From contig USGK01000005.1 in NCBI GenBank assembly GCA_900554175.1, forward strand, positions 3,707-67,706: a stretch of DNA of 64,000 bases, in the 5' to 3' direction. The stretch's first letter is position 1; each line of letters opens with the position of its first letter. Of the stretch, positions 17,581 through 26,973 are shown piece by piece. A program made the translations under genes and the position numbers. The notes beneath the pieces were generated by a model, which ran no database searches, was not told the DNA's origin, and saw nothing but the letters and a program-made list of their open reading frames with translations. The stretch is from an uncultured Clostridium sp. (GTDB taxonomy: Bacteria > Bacillota > Clostridia > TANB77 > CAG-508).

Positions 17581-20376
17581 TTATACATCTTTGCTAGTAT
17601 TGTTTTTATTTGTTTCATTTTTTGTTTCTGTTGTCTTGTTTTCTGATGTTGTTGTATTATTTTTATCTTTTTCTTTATCTTTTTCTTTTACATTTATTGT
17701 TCTTGTAACTTTAGTTTCTTTTCCTTTTGAATTTTTTACTTTATATGTTACTGTATATTTTCCTGCTTTTGTTGTATTTACAGCACCTGATGTTTCTATT
17801 TTACCTGAAATATCTCCATCTATTTCGTCAGTTGCTTTTGCTCCTTCTTCCTCATATTTATCTCCAACTGTTAAAGTAATAGTTGCTGCTCCATTTAGAG
17901 TTATTTTTGGTGCCGAAATTACTTTATTTGTATTTTCTGCATTATGTTTTGTACAATATGTTGTAGGAGCTTCTCTTGTAGATGAGGATTTGTTTTTCCA
18001 TAATCCTAATCTTTCTTTTTCTACTGTATATGAATAATATTGTGTTGAGACATTTGTACAATATTCATTTGCAAGTAAATCTGTCTCGTTACAAATCTTA
18101 GCTGAATTTGTATGTGCATCACAATCACCAGGAACCATTCCTTCTACAAATATTTCTTGGTATGTATCTGTACATTTGCTTGTTGCTTTTTTTCCTGATG
18201 TTTTGCATATTGTTGCACTTACTATTCCTTCTGGTTTGTCAAATTTTGATCCATCCATTCCATAATGAATGTTTTTCATAACTGCACTCCAAATTTTTCC
18301 GGCCCAGTTTGTTTCTCCTTTTATTGTTTCATTTTCATCATATCCATACCATGTTGCACCTGTATAATAATTTGTAAATCCACATAGCCATTTATCATAA
18401 TAATTATTTGTACTACCTGTTTTAGCTGCTACATCCATTCCTGAAATTTTACAATATGTTGCAGTACCTCCTGAAACTACAGATTTTAATATGTCTTTTA
18501 CCACATAAGCTGTTTGAGCAGAAAATACTTGTTGTTGTTCTTGTTTTGGCTCAAGTACAACATTTCCGCTTTGATCTGTTACTTTTGTATATAATAATGG
18601 TGTTCTATATACTCCATTGTTTGCGATTGTTGCATATGCAGCAGCCATTTCAAGTGGTGTAATACCATCTGTAAATCCGCCTATTGCAAGTGATGCTAAT
18701 CCATCTTTTTCTTTATTTATTGTTGTTACTCCCATTTTTTCTAAGTATTCGGTAGATTTTGCTGGTGTTAATTCTGATACTACTTTTATAAATGGTATAT
18801 TTTGAGATGACATTGTTGCACTTCTTATAGAAATTAATCCTTTAAAAGCATTATAATCTTTTGGATTATAATTTCCTGGGAATTCTGTTGCACAGTCATC
18901 ATATATTGTTGCAGGTGTTATAACACCCTCATTTATTCCTGGTACTAATGATGTAAGTGGTTTTATTGAAGAACCTGTCTGTCTTGGACTTTGTGTTGCA
19001 CGGTTTAATCCTCTTGATTCTGTTTTTGCTCCCAGTCCTCCTACAACACCTACTACATAGCCTGTTTGGTTGTCTATAACTGCCATTGATGATTGTGATG
19101 TTATTTTTTTGCCATTTTCGTCTGTTCCTTTACTAGAAGGTTTTTGATATGTTTCTCCCCCATCAATCATAACTTCATTCATTGAATTTTGTAAGTCTGT
19201 ATTTTGTGTTGAATAAATTGTAAGTCCACTACTGTATACATATGTTGTTGCTAATGCTCTTGATATATTTTTTTGTTCTGCCACATCTTCTATTACTTTT
19301 GCAATTGTTGCATCTGTATGGTATGAGTATATTGAACTCGAATCTGTTCCTTTTGTGAATACTAATCCATTATTTACTTCTTCACATGCAGAGTCATACT
19401 CTTCTTTGTTTATAGATCCTAATTTTAACATTTGGTCTAATACTGTTTTAGTTCTTGAATTTATCTTTTGCTTTTTATTTTCACTTTCATTATATCCATT
19501 TTCTCCATATGGATTATATAAATTTGGTCCTTTGTTGATTCCTGCCAAAAATGCGCATTGTGCTAAATCTAGCTCTGAAGCACTTTTATTAAAGTAATAT
19601 TTTGAACCAACTTCAACTCCTGAATTTTTTCCACCTACAAATATTATGTTTAAATATAATTCTAGTATTTGATCTTTTGAAAGCATTTTCTCTATCTGAT
19701 ATGCCTTTGCCCATTCTTTAACTTTTCTTGTAACGCCTTCAAATCCTGTGTCTTCATCATCTTTTGTTATATTTTTTACAAGTTGTTGTGTTATTGTACT
19801 TCCACCGAATGATGAATTACCTGCATGTGTTACGAAACTTGCAATAGCAGCTGTTGTTCTTTTTAAGTCTACACCATTATGTTCATAAAATCTTTCATCT
19901 TCTATTGCTATGTATGCTTTTGGAAGATATTTAGACATATCATCTAATGTTATAATTTTTCTACTTTCGTCACCACTTAATTCGGCAATTACAGTTCCTG
20001 CACTATCTACTACCTCAGAATTTGATTGTTTTATTACTAATTCCTCTTTTTTTATTTCAAAATCATCGCCCCATCCACAGTAAACCATTCCTACTATAAC
20101 TCCTGCAACAACTACTATAAGAAGTATTACTAAAATAAGTAATATTCTTAAAGCTATTGCTAATTTAGGGTGTTTTTTAGAAAATTTTTGTTTTTTATTT
20201 TTCTTTTCTTTTACTGGTTTCATACTTAAATTTTTTTGTGTATTTTTATTCTTTTTATTTTTACTTCTATTTTTCTTCTTTGAATTATCTCCCATTTTTA
20301 AATCCATTCCTTTCACAAGGCAAAAATCAGGTCGAAAAGAATTAAATTTTGACAAAAGACTTTTCTTTGAACGCAT
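17581..20376 (-). CDS. class A penicillin-binding protein (transglycosylase/transpeptidase) with C-terminal Cys-rich, Ig-like and low-complexity extension
   Basis: EDERFYEHNGVD and GGSTITQQLVKN (GT51 domain); SSIKP and KTGS (transpeptidase). True start is uncertain among ATG 20376, 20307 and 20295. Confidence 0.9.
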   Translation of the reverse strand: MRSKKSLLSKFNSFRPDFCLVKGMDLKMGDNSKKKNRSKNKKNKNTQKNLSMKPVKEKKNKKQKFSKKHPKLAIALRILLILVILLIVVVAGVIVGMVYCGWGDDFEIKKEELVIKQSNSEVVDSAGTVIAELSGDESRKIITLDDMSKYLPKAYIAIEDERFYEHNGVDLKRTTAAIASFVTHAGNSSFGGSTITQQLVKNITKDDEDTGFEGVTRKVKEWAKAYQIEKMLSKDQILELYLNIIFVGGKNSGVEVGSKYYFNKSASELDLAQCAFLAGINKGPNLYNPYGENGYNESENKKQKINSRTKTVLDQMLKLGSINKEEYDSACEEVNNGLVFTKGTDSSSIYSYHTDATIAKVIEDVAEQKNISRALATTYVYSSGLTIYSTQNTDLQNSMNEVMIDGGETYQKPSSKGTDENGKKITSQSSMAVIDNQTGYVVGVVGGLGAKTESRGLNRATQSPRQTGSSIKPLTSLVPGINEGVITPATIYDDCATEFPGNYNPKDYNAFKGLISIRSATMSSQNIPFIKVVSELTPAKSTEYLEKMGVTTINKEKDGLASLAIGGFTDGITPLEMAAAYATIANNGVYRTPLLYTKVTDQSGNVVLEPKQEQQQVFSAQTAYVVKDILKSVVSGGTATYCKISGMDVAAKTGSTNNYYDKWLCGFTNYYTGATWYGYDENETIKGETNWAGKIWSAVMKNIHYGMDGSKFDKPEGIVSATICKTSGKKATSKCTDTYQEIFVEGMVPGDCDAHTNSAKICNETDLLANEYCTNVSTQYYSYTVEKERLGLWKNKSSSTREAPTTYCTKHNAENTNKVISAPKITLNGAATITLTVGDKYEEEGAKATDEIDGDISGKIETSGAVNTTKAGKYTVTYKVKNSKGKETKVTRTINVKEKDKEKDKNNTTTSENKTTETKNETNKNNTSKDV

Positions 20377-20519
20377 ATGTTTATTATTTATGTTACCTCA
20401 TTTTAAACAAATTTTCATAAAGTCAAAATAATAATTATTTTCCAACTTTTTCTCCTTAAATGCTTACATTATATTATATTTTACCAAAAAAAGCAAGTAG
20501 TTATGAAGATAATTGAATT

Positions 20520-21380
20520 TTAAAATTCATTCTTTTTTGAGGTTATTAATTTACATATTTTTATATCTTCTGTATCTATTTTACCTAAAAGATAATAATA
20601 TTCCAATATTTCATTAAAATCATATTTTTCTTCGTTTTCACTTTTTAATAAACTATATCTCATTATTTCTTCATTTTTTACTACATCTTTAACATCTAAT
20701 TTTGACTTATATCCGTCTATTATAACTCCTGCAAATCTTTTCTTACGTATTTTTACATTTTCTTCAAAATTTACAATTATAGCATCATCTTTTATATTGT
20801 ATAAATTTATTATTTCTTTTGGAATATCTATATTTAAAATTATGTCAGATCTTATTATTCCTTTTTTCCTATTATTTGTTATTGTAATTATTATTCCTTC
20901 ATCACACAGAACCTCGTCTAATTTCTTGAGTTCTTTCCTTTTGTTTGTTACAATTGTTAATTCTTTTACTTTTTTTGCTAAAATCATTGTATTATTTTTT
21001 AAAAATTTATCTGCTGTATTTGAAAGAATAGCAATTTTTGCATCATTACATGATATATTTTTTCTTTCTAGTATATATTCTAATACTTCTATCATTTTCA
21101 TTTTAAAAATTATTTTTCCGTCAATTATGTTAATATTATTTGAATATAACAGATTTACAAGTTCTTCATCTTTTTTTATATCTTTGCTTAGAAGTACAGT
21201 CTTACACTTATTCATTTCTAAAATTCTATTTATCTTTTTTATTATTTTTATTTTTTTTCTGAGTTTTATTTTTTCTATATCTTGATTTATAATTATTGTG
21301 TTTTGCAATAATTCAGTCTTCTTGAATATTTTTTTTATGATATTACTATTTTTGTTTTCTATACATAAAATTTTTTGCAT
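20520..21380 (-). CDS. hypothetical protein (Lys/Ile-rich, cytoplasmic)
   Basis: Long ORF in the dominant orientation. I recognise no motif. Confidence 0.5.
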   Translation of the reverse strand: MQKILCIENKNSNIIKKIFKKTELLQNTIIINQDIEKIKLRKKIKIIKKINRILEMNKCKTVLLSKDIKKDEELVNLLYSNNINIIDGKIIFKMKMIEVLEYILERKNISCNDAKIAILSNTADKFLKNNTMILAKKVKELTIVTNKRKELKKLDEVLCDEGIIITITNNRKKGIIRSDIILNIDIPKEIINLYNIKDDAIIVNFEENVKIRKKRFAGVIIDGYKSKLDVKDVVKNEEIMRYSLLKSENEEKYDFNEILEYYYLLGKIDTEDIKICKLITSKKNEF

Positions 21381-21565
21381 ATATACTTAAATTCTTCCTT
21401 TCTTTGGCACAGCATATGTAAAATGTACCCTAAGTTTTATTTATATTATATAAACAATTATATTTTAGGTTAGAAATTTTATGTATAAAAAAAACGAAAT
21501 CTATTAAGCAATATAAACTGCTAATAAATTCCGATTTTTATAATAATCGTATTTTATGTATCGAC

Positions 21566-22042
21566 TTATTTTTTTATTGATAATATTTTGAATTTTATTA
21601 TTCCTGATGGTGCATCTACTTCTACTGTTTCTCCTTTTTTTCTTCCAAGAAGTGCACTTCCTATTGGTGATTCATTAGATATTTTATTTTCAGCTAAATT
21701 AACTTCTGTAGAACCTACTATGGTATATTCTACTTCTTCATCAAATTCTTCATCATGTAATAATACTGTATTTCCTATTTGAACTGTTTTTGTATCAATT
21801 TCTTTTTCATCGATTATTTTTGCATTTCTAATTTTTGTTTCTAGTTCTGCTATTTTATTTTCATTTTCAGCTTGTGCAGATTTCGCTTCATCATATTCTG
21901 AATTTTCTGACAAATCTCCGAATCCTAATGCAACTTTTATTCTTTCTGCAACTTCTGTTCTTTTTTCTGTTTTTAAATAATTTAATTCTTGCTCTAATTT
22001 TTCAAATCCTTCTTTTGTAAGGATTACTTCCTTTTCTTCCAT
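21566..22042 (-). CDS. greA: transcription elongation factor GreA
   Basis: 158 aa; [11 protein letters not shown] coiled-coil and C-terminal [14 protein letters not shown] motif. Confidence 0.95.
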   Translation of the reverse strand: MEEKEVILTKEGFEKLEQELNYLKTEKRTEVAERIKVALGFGDLSENSEYDEAKSAQAENENKIAELETKIRNAKIIDEKEIDTKTVQIGNTVLLHDEEFDEEVEYTIVGSTEVNLAENKISNESPIGSALLGRKKGETVEVDAPSGIIKFKILSIKK

Positions 22043-22059
22043 AATTCTGTCCTCTTTTC

Positions 22060-22722
22060 TTAATTTTTCTCACTTTTATTTTTAATTTCTTTTAAAGCCT
22101 GCTCAAATTTATATGCAATTATACTTAAAAGTAATGCATATAAAGCAATTGCCCCCGCTATAGTCATAGTACCAAATGGTACACGTGTTAATAATATAAT
22201 AGAAAAATATACTGTTTCCCCTATTATTGGACAAATAAGCCCCTTAAATAGAATATTTAGAACTCCTAATTTTCTATATCTTATTATAAAATATAATAGT
22301 ACTATTGCAAATGACATTATACCTGGTAATATATATGGTTTTATAATATCTTTTATTCTTGTATGTTCAATATTTACAATTGACACATTATCTTTTGATA
22401 ATTCTAATCCATATTCTTCATTTACTTTTTCAACAATTCCATCTCTTTCTTCTTCTGTAATTTCCTTTGATGAAATTTGAACCACATTCTTAAATATTTC
22501 TACTTCTTTAACTTCAAATTCTTTTCCATTTAGTTTTTCTTTTACTATTTCTTTAATTTTTGAAATTTCAAAACCTGTTTTATTTGCAAGTGTAATTTGA
22601 TCTTTTTTTGCATATTCTAAGTCAAACTCAAATCCTTTTACGAAATACATTACAGCTCCTGCAATTATTAGTATACATGCTATAATATATATAATTTTTT
22701 TACTAAATATTGTTTTTTTCAT
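22060..22722 (-). CDS. SecF-like membrane protein, short form (about 4 TM, ends where SecF TM4 would end)
   Basis: N-terminal TM, about 100-aa extracytoplasmic domain, then three TM segments laid out as in SecF TM2-TM4. No TM5-6. Confidence 0.4.
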   Translation of the reverse strand: MKKTIFSKKIIYIIACILIIAGAVMYFVKGFEFDLEYAKKDQITLANKTGFEISKIKEIVKEKLNGKEFEVKEVEIFKNVVQISSKEITEEERDGIVEKVNEEYGLELSKDNVSIVNIEHTRIKDIIKPYILPGIMSFAIVLLYFIIRYRKLGVLNILFKGLICPIIGETVYFSIILLTRVPFGTMTIAGAIALYALLLSIIAYKFEQALKEIKNKSEKN

Positions 22723-22753
22723 TTATTCTATATTCCTTTCTTCTTGCCTTGAA

Positions 22754-24196
22754 TTATTTTATTTCTATTATTTTTCTTGTAACTAATAAGTTATATAATA
22801 GTACTAAAACGACACCCCAAAAAGTTACCATTCCATATGTTGCAATTCTCTCGAACGACATAAATGTAAATACTACTGCTATAACTGCTACTGGAACAAT
22901 TATTGATATAAATGATTTATATTCTTTTGTAAATTCTTTTTTTCTAATTTCATCATCTGGCTCGTTAATTCTTAAAAATTTTATTTGTGAAAAATAATTA
23001 ATTAAAATTACAACTACTATTCCTGCAATACTTTCTATAGAAATTTTTACATTTGTATATCTTATTAAAAGCAAATATAATGCTATGAATCCGAAAAATC
23101 CTATTGTTCCTGCAATACCTTTTGTTTTAAACTTTATACATAATGCAATTAACATTATTGCTAAAATTGCTATACCAATATATACTATATTTTTGTCACT
23201 TGTATTTTCTTTTACAAATTGGTTTTGCATAACTTTATAACTTAATGGCATTTCTCCAGAATTTAATATTGTTGCTATTGTTGATGTGGATTTTAGTTGT
23301 TTTGATATTTCATCTGAATCTTTCGAGCTTTTTCCCATTGACAAATCAATTATTCCATCTTTTATAGGTTCATCAAAGCTTGTAGTTACCATTTTATTGT
23401 TATCAATTGCAAGTACTATTTGTTTTTGTTTATTTTCTTCTTTAGATTCAGTATTTTCTGTGCTTTCTGTATTTGTAGTATCTGAGTTTTCTTCTGTTGT
23501 TGCATTTTCTTCTGTATTTGTAGAATTATTTGTTGTATTGTTTTCTACTTTTTTGTATTCATTTTCTGTTAAATTCGCAAATGTCTTTCTTCCTTCTTTG
23601 TCTAGTTCTAATTGTAAATAAACTGTAGTTCCGCTTTCTGCTGTATTATATACTGATTTTGCCTTTTTTAGATCACTATTTTTTATATATACTTGTTCTT
23701 GGTTTTCTGAATCTCTTATTTCAAATTTTCCAACTTGTAAAAGATTACTTACTACATGATCTGTTTCTTCGTTTTCTGCAATCTTTAAGAAAATTTTTCC
23801 TGTTTCTTCATTTATACTTATAGAATAGTCATCTACACCTAATTTTTTTAATCTTTTTTCTATTATTTCTTTTGATTTTTTGTAATTTTCAATTGTTTTA
23901 GCGTCATCACTGTTTACTTTATCTTCTGTAATTTTATATGAATTTTGTGAGATTGTGCTTTCATCTATACTGTCAGTATCTCCAACTACATTTCCATCTG
24001 CATCTAAAACTTTAGTTGCATCACTTACTTCTAAAATAAGTTGTCTATATCCTTGTATATCTGATGCATAAGAATAATCTTTTACAATATTTTCATACTT
24101 ACCTGACTTTTTCATATATATTCCTGCAAATGATACTAAGCATATTGTTAATATTGCTAAAATTTTTATAATTATTGTTAATTTTTTTTCTTTCAT
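22754..24196 (-). CDS. divergent SecD-like membrane protein with Asn/Thr/Glu-rich insertion
   Basis: QVGKFEIRD...VYLQLELDKEGRKTFANLT...IVLAIDNNKMVTTSFDEPIKDGIIDL...SGEMPLSYKV mirrors the SecD periplasmic head. SIESIAGIVVVILINYF parallels the SecD LTLPGIAGIVLTIGMAVD segment. Confidence 0.5.
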   Translation of the reverse strand: MKEKKLTIIIKILAILTICLVSFAGIYMKKSGKYENIVKDYSYASDIQGYRQLILEVSDATKVLDADGNVVGDTDSIDESTISQNSYKITEDKVNSDDAKTIENYKKSKEIIEKRLKKLGVDDYSISINEETGKIFLKIAENEETDHVVSNLLQVGKFEIRDSENQEQVYIKNSDLKKAKSVYNTAESGTTVYLQLELDKEGRKTFANLTENEYKKVENNTTNNSTNTEENATTEENSDTTNTESTENTESKEENKQKQIVLAIDNNKMVTTSFDEPIKDGIIDLSMGKSSKDSDEISKQLKSTSTIATILNSGEMPLSYKVMQNQFVKENTSDKNIVYIGIAILAIMLIALCIKFKTKGIAGTIGFFGFIALYLLLIRYTNVKISIESIAGIVVVILINYFSQIKFLRINEPDDEIRKKEFTKEYKSFISIIVPVAVIAVVFTFMSFERIATYGMVTFWGVVLVLLYNLLVTRKIIEIK

Positions 24197-24258
24197 TTCT
24201 CCTAGCAGATATGGGATTTCCCATATCTCCTCCTTCCTAATTGTATTTTTATTTTTAA

Positions 24259-24919
24259 TTATAGTAATTTTGTTCCATTTATAATTAATTCATACCAAAT
24301 CTTTAGGTATTTAGCAGCATATTTACTCATTAATGTTCTATCCATAAAAATTTTGAAATAATCTAATACTGGACATATTTTATTGTCTATTTCTAATTCT
24401 AATGTAATCTTTCTTTCTTTACTATCTAGTTTCAAATCTGCTTTTGTTACAGCATAATTTACTTTATCATGTATATCAAAATTTGCAATATTAGTTTTTG
24501 ATACCCTACTTCTATGAACATCTGATTTATCTGCTAGTATTAAAGCTGCAGATATTTCGCTCACTGCAGTTCCTGTTGATTCATCATGATTTCCTATAGC
24601 TGTCATTATTTCTGTTCTTTCTTTTACGTCCATTCCCATATCTTTTAATATTTGATAGCTTAATATTGCTCCACTATGTGCATGGTCTACTCTGTTTACA
24701 GAATTTCCTATATCATGCATAAATCCTGCTATCTTTGCAAGTTCTACTGTTCTCTCATCATATCCTAATTCCTCTAATATTTGACCTGCTCTTTTCGAAA
24801 CTATACCTATATGTCTATACGAATGTTCCGTGTATCCGAAGTTCCTTTAATTGTTTTTGCGCTCCTTCGATTAATGCTCTAATTTCTGGATTATTTTCAA
24901 TATCTTCTAATGTAATCAA
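24259..24919 (-). pseudogene. HD/HDIG-domain phosphohydrolase interrupted by a +1 frame change
   Basis: TTG 24919 (GGAGG RBS) opens LITLEDIENNPEIRALIEGAQKQLKEL RIHGTFV-stop (TAG 24815-24817). The +1 frame continues GYTEHSYRHIGIVSKRAGQILEELGYDERTVELAKIAGFMHDIGN... to the stop at 24259. The junction lies within 24835-24845. Confidence 0.75.
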
Positions 24920-24962
24920 TTTAATCCTCCTTTACTTTTTAAAGCTTTTTATATTCTAGCCT

Positions 24963-24998
24963 AAAACAAAAAAAATATCAACACTTTTTTTGATATTT
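24963..24998 (-). terminator. intrinsic terminator
   Basis: AAATATCAA/TTGATATTT stem flanked by A and T runs, downstream of the 25066 gene. Confidence 0.55.
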
Positions 24999-25065
24999 TT
25001 TTATTTTTTTACTCTTTAATTAACTATCGGACAATTATTTATACTAAGCCCTTTATTGACCTTAC

Positions 25066-25449
25066 TTAATGAGCTGTATTAACTCCTATTAATCCTCCTA
25101 TTATGCCTCCACAAATTCCCATTAAAAACATTATAATTGCAGAAATATTAAATGAAAAACTATTTTTTAAAAAGCTTGAAATTAAATATATTGTAAAAAC
25201 ATAAATAATTCCAATTAATGCTCCATTTAATAATCCATTTTTTCTTACTTTTCTCATACTTATAGTACTTCCTATTAATATGCTTACACATGTTAATGTT
25301 ATTATTGTTGGATTTATTGTTATTTCAGAAATTGATGTATTTACTAAAAGAATTGAAAAAATACTAAGAAGTATTATTGTACTAACAATAGCAATTACAT
25401 ATCCTTTTAATATCCAAATTAATTGACTTTTGTTTTTTACCTCTTCCAT
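25066..25449 (-). CDS. small integral membrane protein (TIGR04086/YrzE-like, tentative)
   Basis: Four hydrophobic segments and a Gly-rich C-terminal GICGGIIGGLIGVN. Start at ATG 25449 behind GGAGGT. Confidence 0.45.
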   Translation of the reverse strand: MEEVKNKSQLIWILKGYVIAIVSTIILLSIFSILLVNTSISEITINPTIITLTCVSILIGSTISMRKVRKNGLLNGALIGIIYVFTIYLISSFLKNSFSFNISAIIMFLMGICGGIIGGLIGVNTAH

Positions 25450-25512
25450 ATATTTTACCTCCATTTTATTTAATTTTGGTATTAAATATATTTTAGAATT
25501 TTTATTTTATTC

Positions 25513-25971
25513 TTACTTTTCTCTTTTTTTTGGTTCCTTTTTCACTGGTTCATTTACAACTATTTCTTTTATATCACTTAAACTTTTTAAGTATTTTCTT
25601 TTCTCATTTGTATCAATTATTATTGCTTTTAATACATAATAAATTGCAAGAAAGTATGATGATGTTACTATATATGCTTCAAAATTATAATTTGATAATT
25701 CAACTACATGCGATATAAATAATGAGTGAAATGCAATAACCAATGCTTCTATGCCATTTATTGCAAGCATTCCATTATCTTTTTTATATGCGATTTCTAA
25801 TATTAATATTGAAATTGCAAGTATAACTGATGAAGATATTTTTAAAGCTATTAATGTATTTTCCTTAGAACTCATTTTGTAAAAAATATTTATTCCTATA
25901 AAATAGAACATTATAATTATAGCTATTAAAATATTAATCCATATTTTTTTCACAAACTTTTTTTCATCCAT
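25513..25971 (-). CDS. hypothetical membrane protein with Lys/Glu-rich tail
   Basis: Four hydrophobic segments. Own consensus promoter upstream. Confidence 0.5.
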   Translation of the reverse strand: MDEKKFVKKIWINILIAIIIMFYFIGINIFYKMSSKENTLIALKISSSVILAISILILEIAYKKDNGMLAINGIEALVIAFHSLFISHVVELSNYNFEAYIVTSSYFLAIYYVLKAIIIDTNEKRKYLKSLSDIKEIVVNEPVKKEPKKREK

Positions 25972-26049
25972 AAAAGTACCCTTCTTTTTTATATAGATTT
26001 TCTTTAGTTATATAAAACTAAGTTGTTAAAAAAGTGTTAATTTTTTAAT

Positions 26050-26078
26050 ATTATATCTATATTATTTTTTAATGTCAA
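26050..26078 (-). promoter_or_regulatory. sigma-A type promoter
   Basis: TTGACA (26073-26078), 17 nt, TATAAT (26050-26055) on the minus strand. Confidence 0.55.
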
Positions 26079-26165
26079 GTGTCATTTTCTTGTTTTTATT
26101 TGTATGTTTTTGTAGTTTAGATAATATAGACTTTCAGGTTTATTAACAGAAATAATGCTAATGAT

Positions 26166-26205
26166 AAAAAGAGTATCAAGCCATTATTGATAATTCTTGA
26201 TACTC
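26166..26205 (-). terminator. intrinsic terminator after tRNA-Glu
   Basis: 10-bp stem GAGTATCAAG/CTTGATACTC followed on the minus strand by TTTTT. Confidence 0.6.
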
Positions 26206-26220
26206 TAATAATTTAATCTT

Positions 26221-26295
26221 TGGTGACCCCTACGGGAATCGAACCCATGATTCGGCCTTGAGAGGGCCGCGTCTTAGCCGCTTGACCAAGGGGCC
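26221..26295 (-). tRNA. tRNA-Glu (anticodon CUC), CCA encoded
   Basis: GGCCCCTTGGTCAAGCGGCTAAGACGCGGCCCTCTCAAGGCCGAATCATGGGTTCGATTCCCGTAGGGGTCACCA folds as a cloverleaf. The anticodon loop is CUCUCAA. Very similar to Bacillus tRNA-Glu. Confidence 0.9.
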
Positions 26296-26369
26296 ATTTA
26301 ATTTATATTACCCCTTCACTGAATTTAATAAAGGGGTAATTTTTTATAATTGCTTTTTGCAATTTTTAA

Positions 26370-26813
26370 TTACATATCTTTATAATCTCTTACTTTCTTT
26401 AAAGAATATACTGCTACTATTCCGCAAACAACTACTATTAAAGAAACTGTTCCTTTTGAGTCTTTAATTCCTGTTTTTGCAAGTGAATTTGAATTTGATG
26501 TTGTTGAACTTTTATTTACAGATGAGTTATTTGTAGTATTATTTGCTGAGCTATTTGTTGTTGAATAAAAACCTGTATTATCAACAGCATTGTTAGTTGT
26601 GTCATTTGTTGTATTGTTTGTTTCTGTAGGTGTTGTAGCAAAGTTGTTATCTGTAGTATTTTCTTCTGTTGTATTACTTGATGTATCACCATCTAAATCG
26701 TTCCAGTCAAACTCGTCAGCTGCTCTAACAATTGATACATTTGACATTGTTATAGCTATAATTCCACTTAATAAAACCATTAATATTATTTTTAAAACTT
26801 TTGAATTTTTCAT
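26370..26813 (-). CDS. small sortase-anchored surface protein, Asn/Thr/Ser-rich (LAKTG sorting signal)
   Basis: Signal peptide ...VSIVRA/ADE, low-complexity N/T/S region, then LAKTG, a hydrophobic segment and a KKVRDYKDM tail. Confidence 0.75.
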   Translation of the reverse strand: MKNSKVLKIILMVLLSGIIAITMSNVSIVRAADEFDWNDLDGDTSSNTTEENTTDNNFATTPTETNNTTNDTTNNAVDNTGFYSTTNSSANNTTNNSSVNKSSTTSNSNSLAKTGIKDSKGTVSLIVVVCGIVAVYSLKKVRDYKDM

Positions 26814-26889
26814 ATTTCTCTCCTTCTGATTAATATACTTCTAAACTATTATCTCCCAAGTATATTATCTTTTGTTTACTTCATTTTTC

Positions 26890-26918
26890 ATTTTACAACT
26901 TTTTTCTTTATATGTCAA
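26890..26918 (-). promoter_or_regulatory. sigma-A type promoter
   Basis: TTGACA (26913-26918), 17 nt, TAAAAT (26890-26895). Confidence 0.5.
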
Positions 26919-26973
26919 TTATTTTTTTATTTTCTTTTTTTTACATTATTGTAACATTTTTATTACAAGATTA

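Noticed and set aside
17561-18037. Plus-strand ORFs lying antisense inside minus-strand genes (for example 17561-18037, 13677-14129, 44290-44787, 20797-21285, 35771-36088, 53969-54319).
   Set aside because: They encode Phe/Leu/Ser/Ile-rich low-complexity strings, as expected from the antisense of AT-rich coding DNA. They lack RBSs and overlap genes with clear homology. I treat them as artefacts.
24851-24857. An A5 homopolymer indel as the cause of the HD-gene frameshift.
   Set aside because: Removing one A puts the reading into the frame that hits TAA (24846-24848) immediately. Adding one A gives the third frame, not the conserved one. The lesion must therefore lie at 24835-24845.
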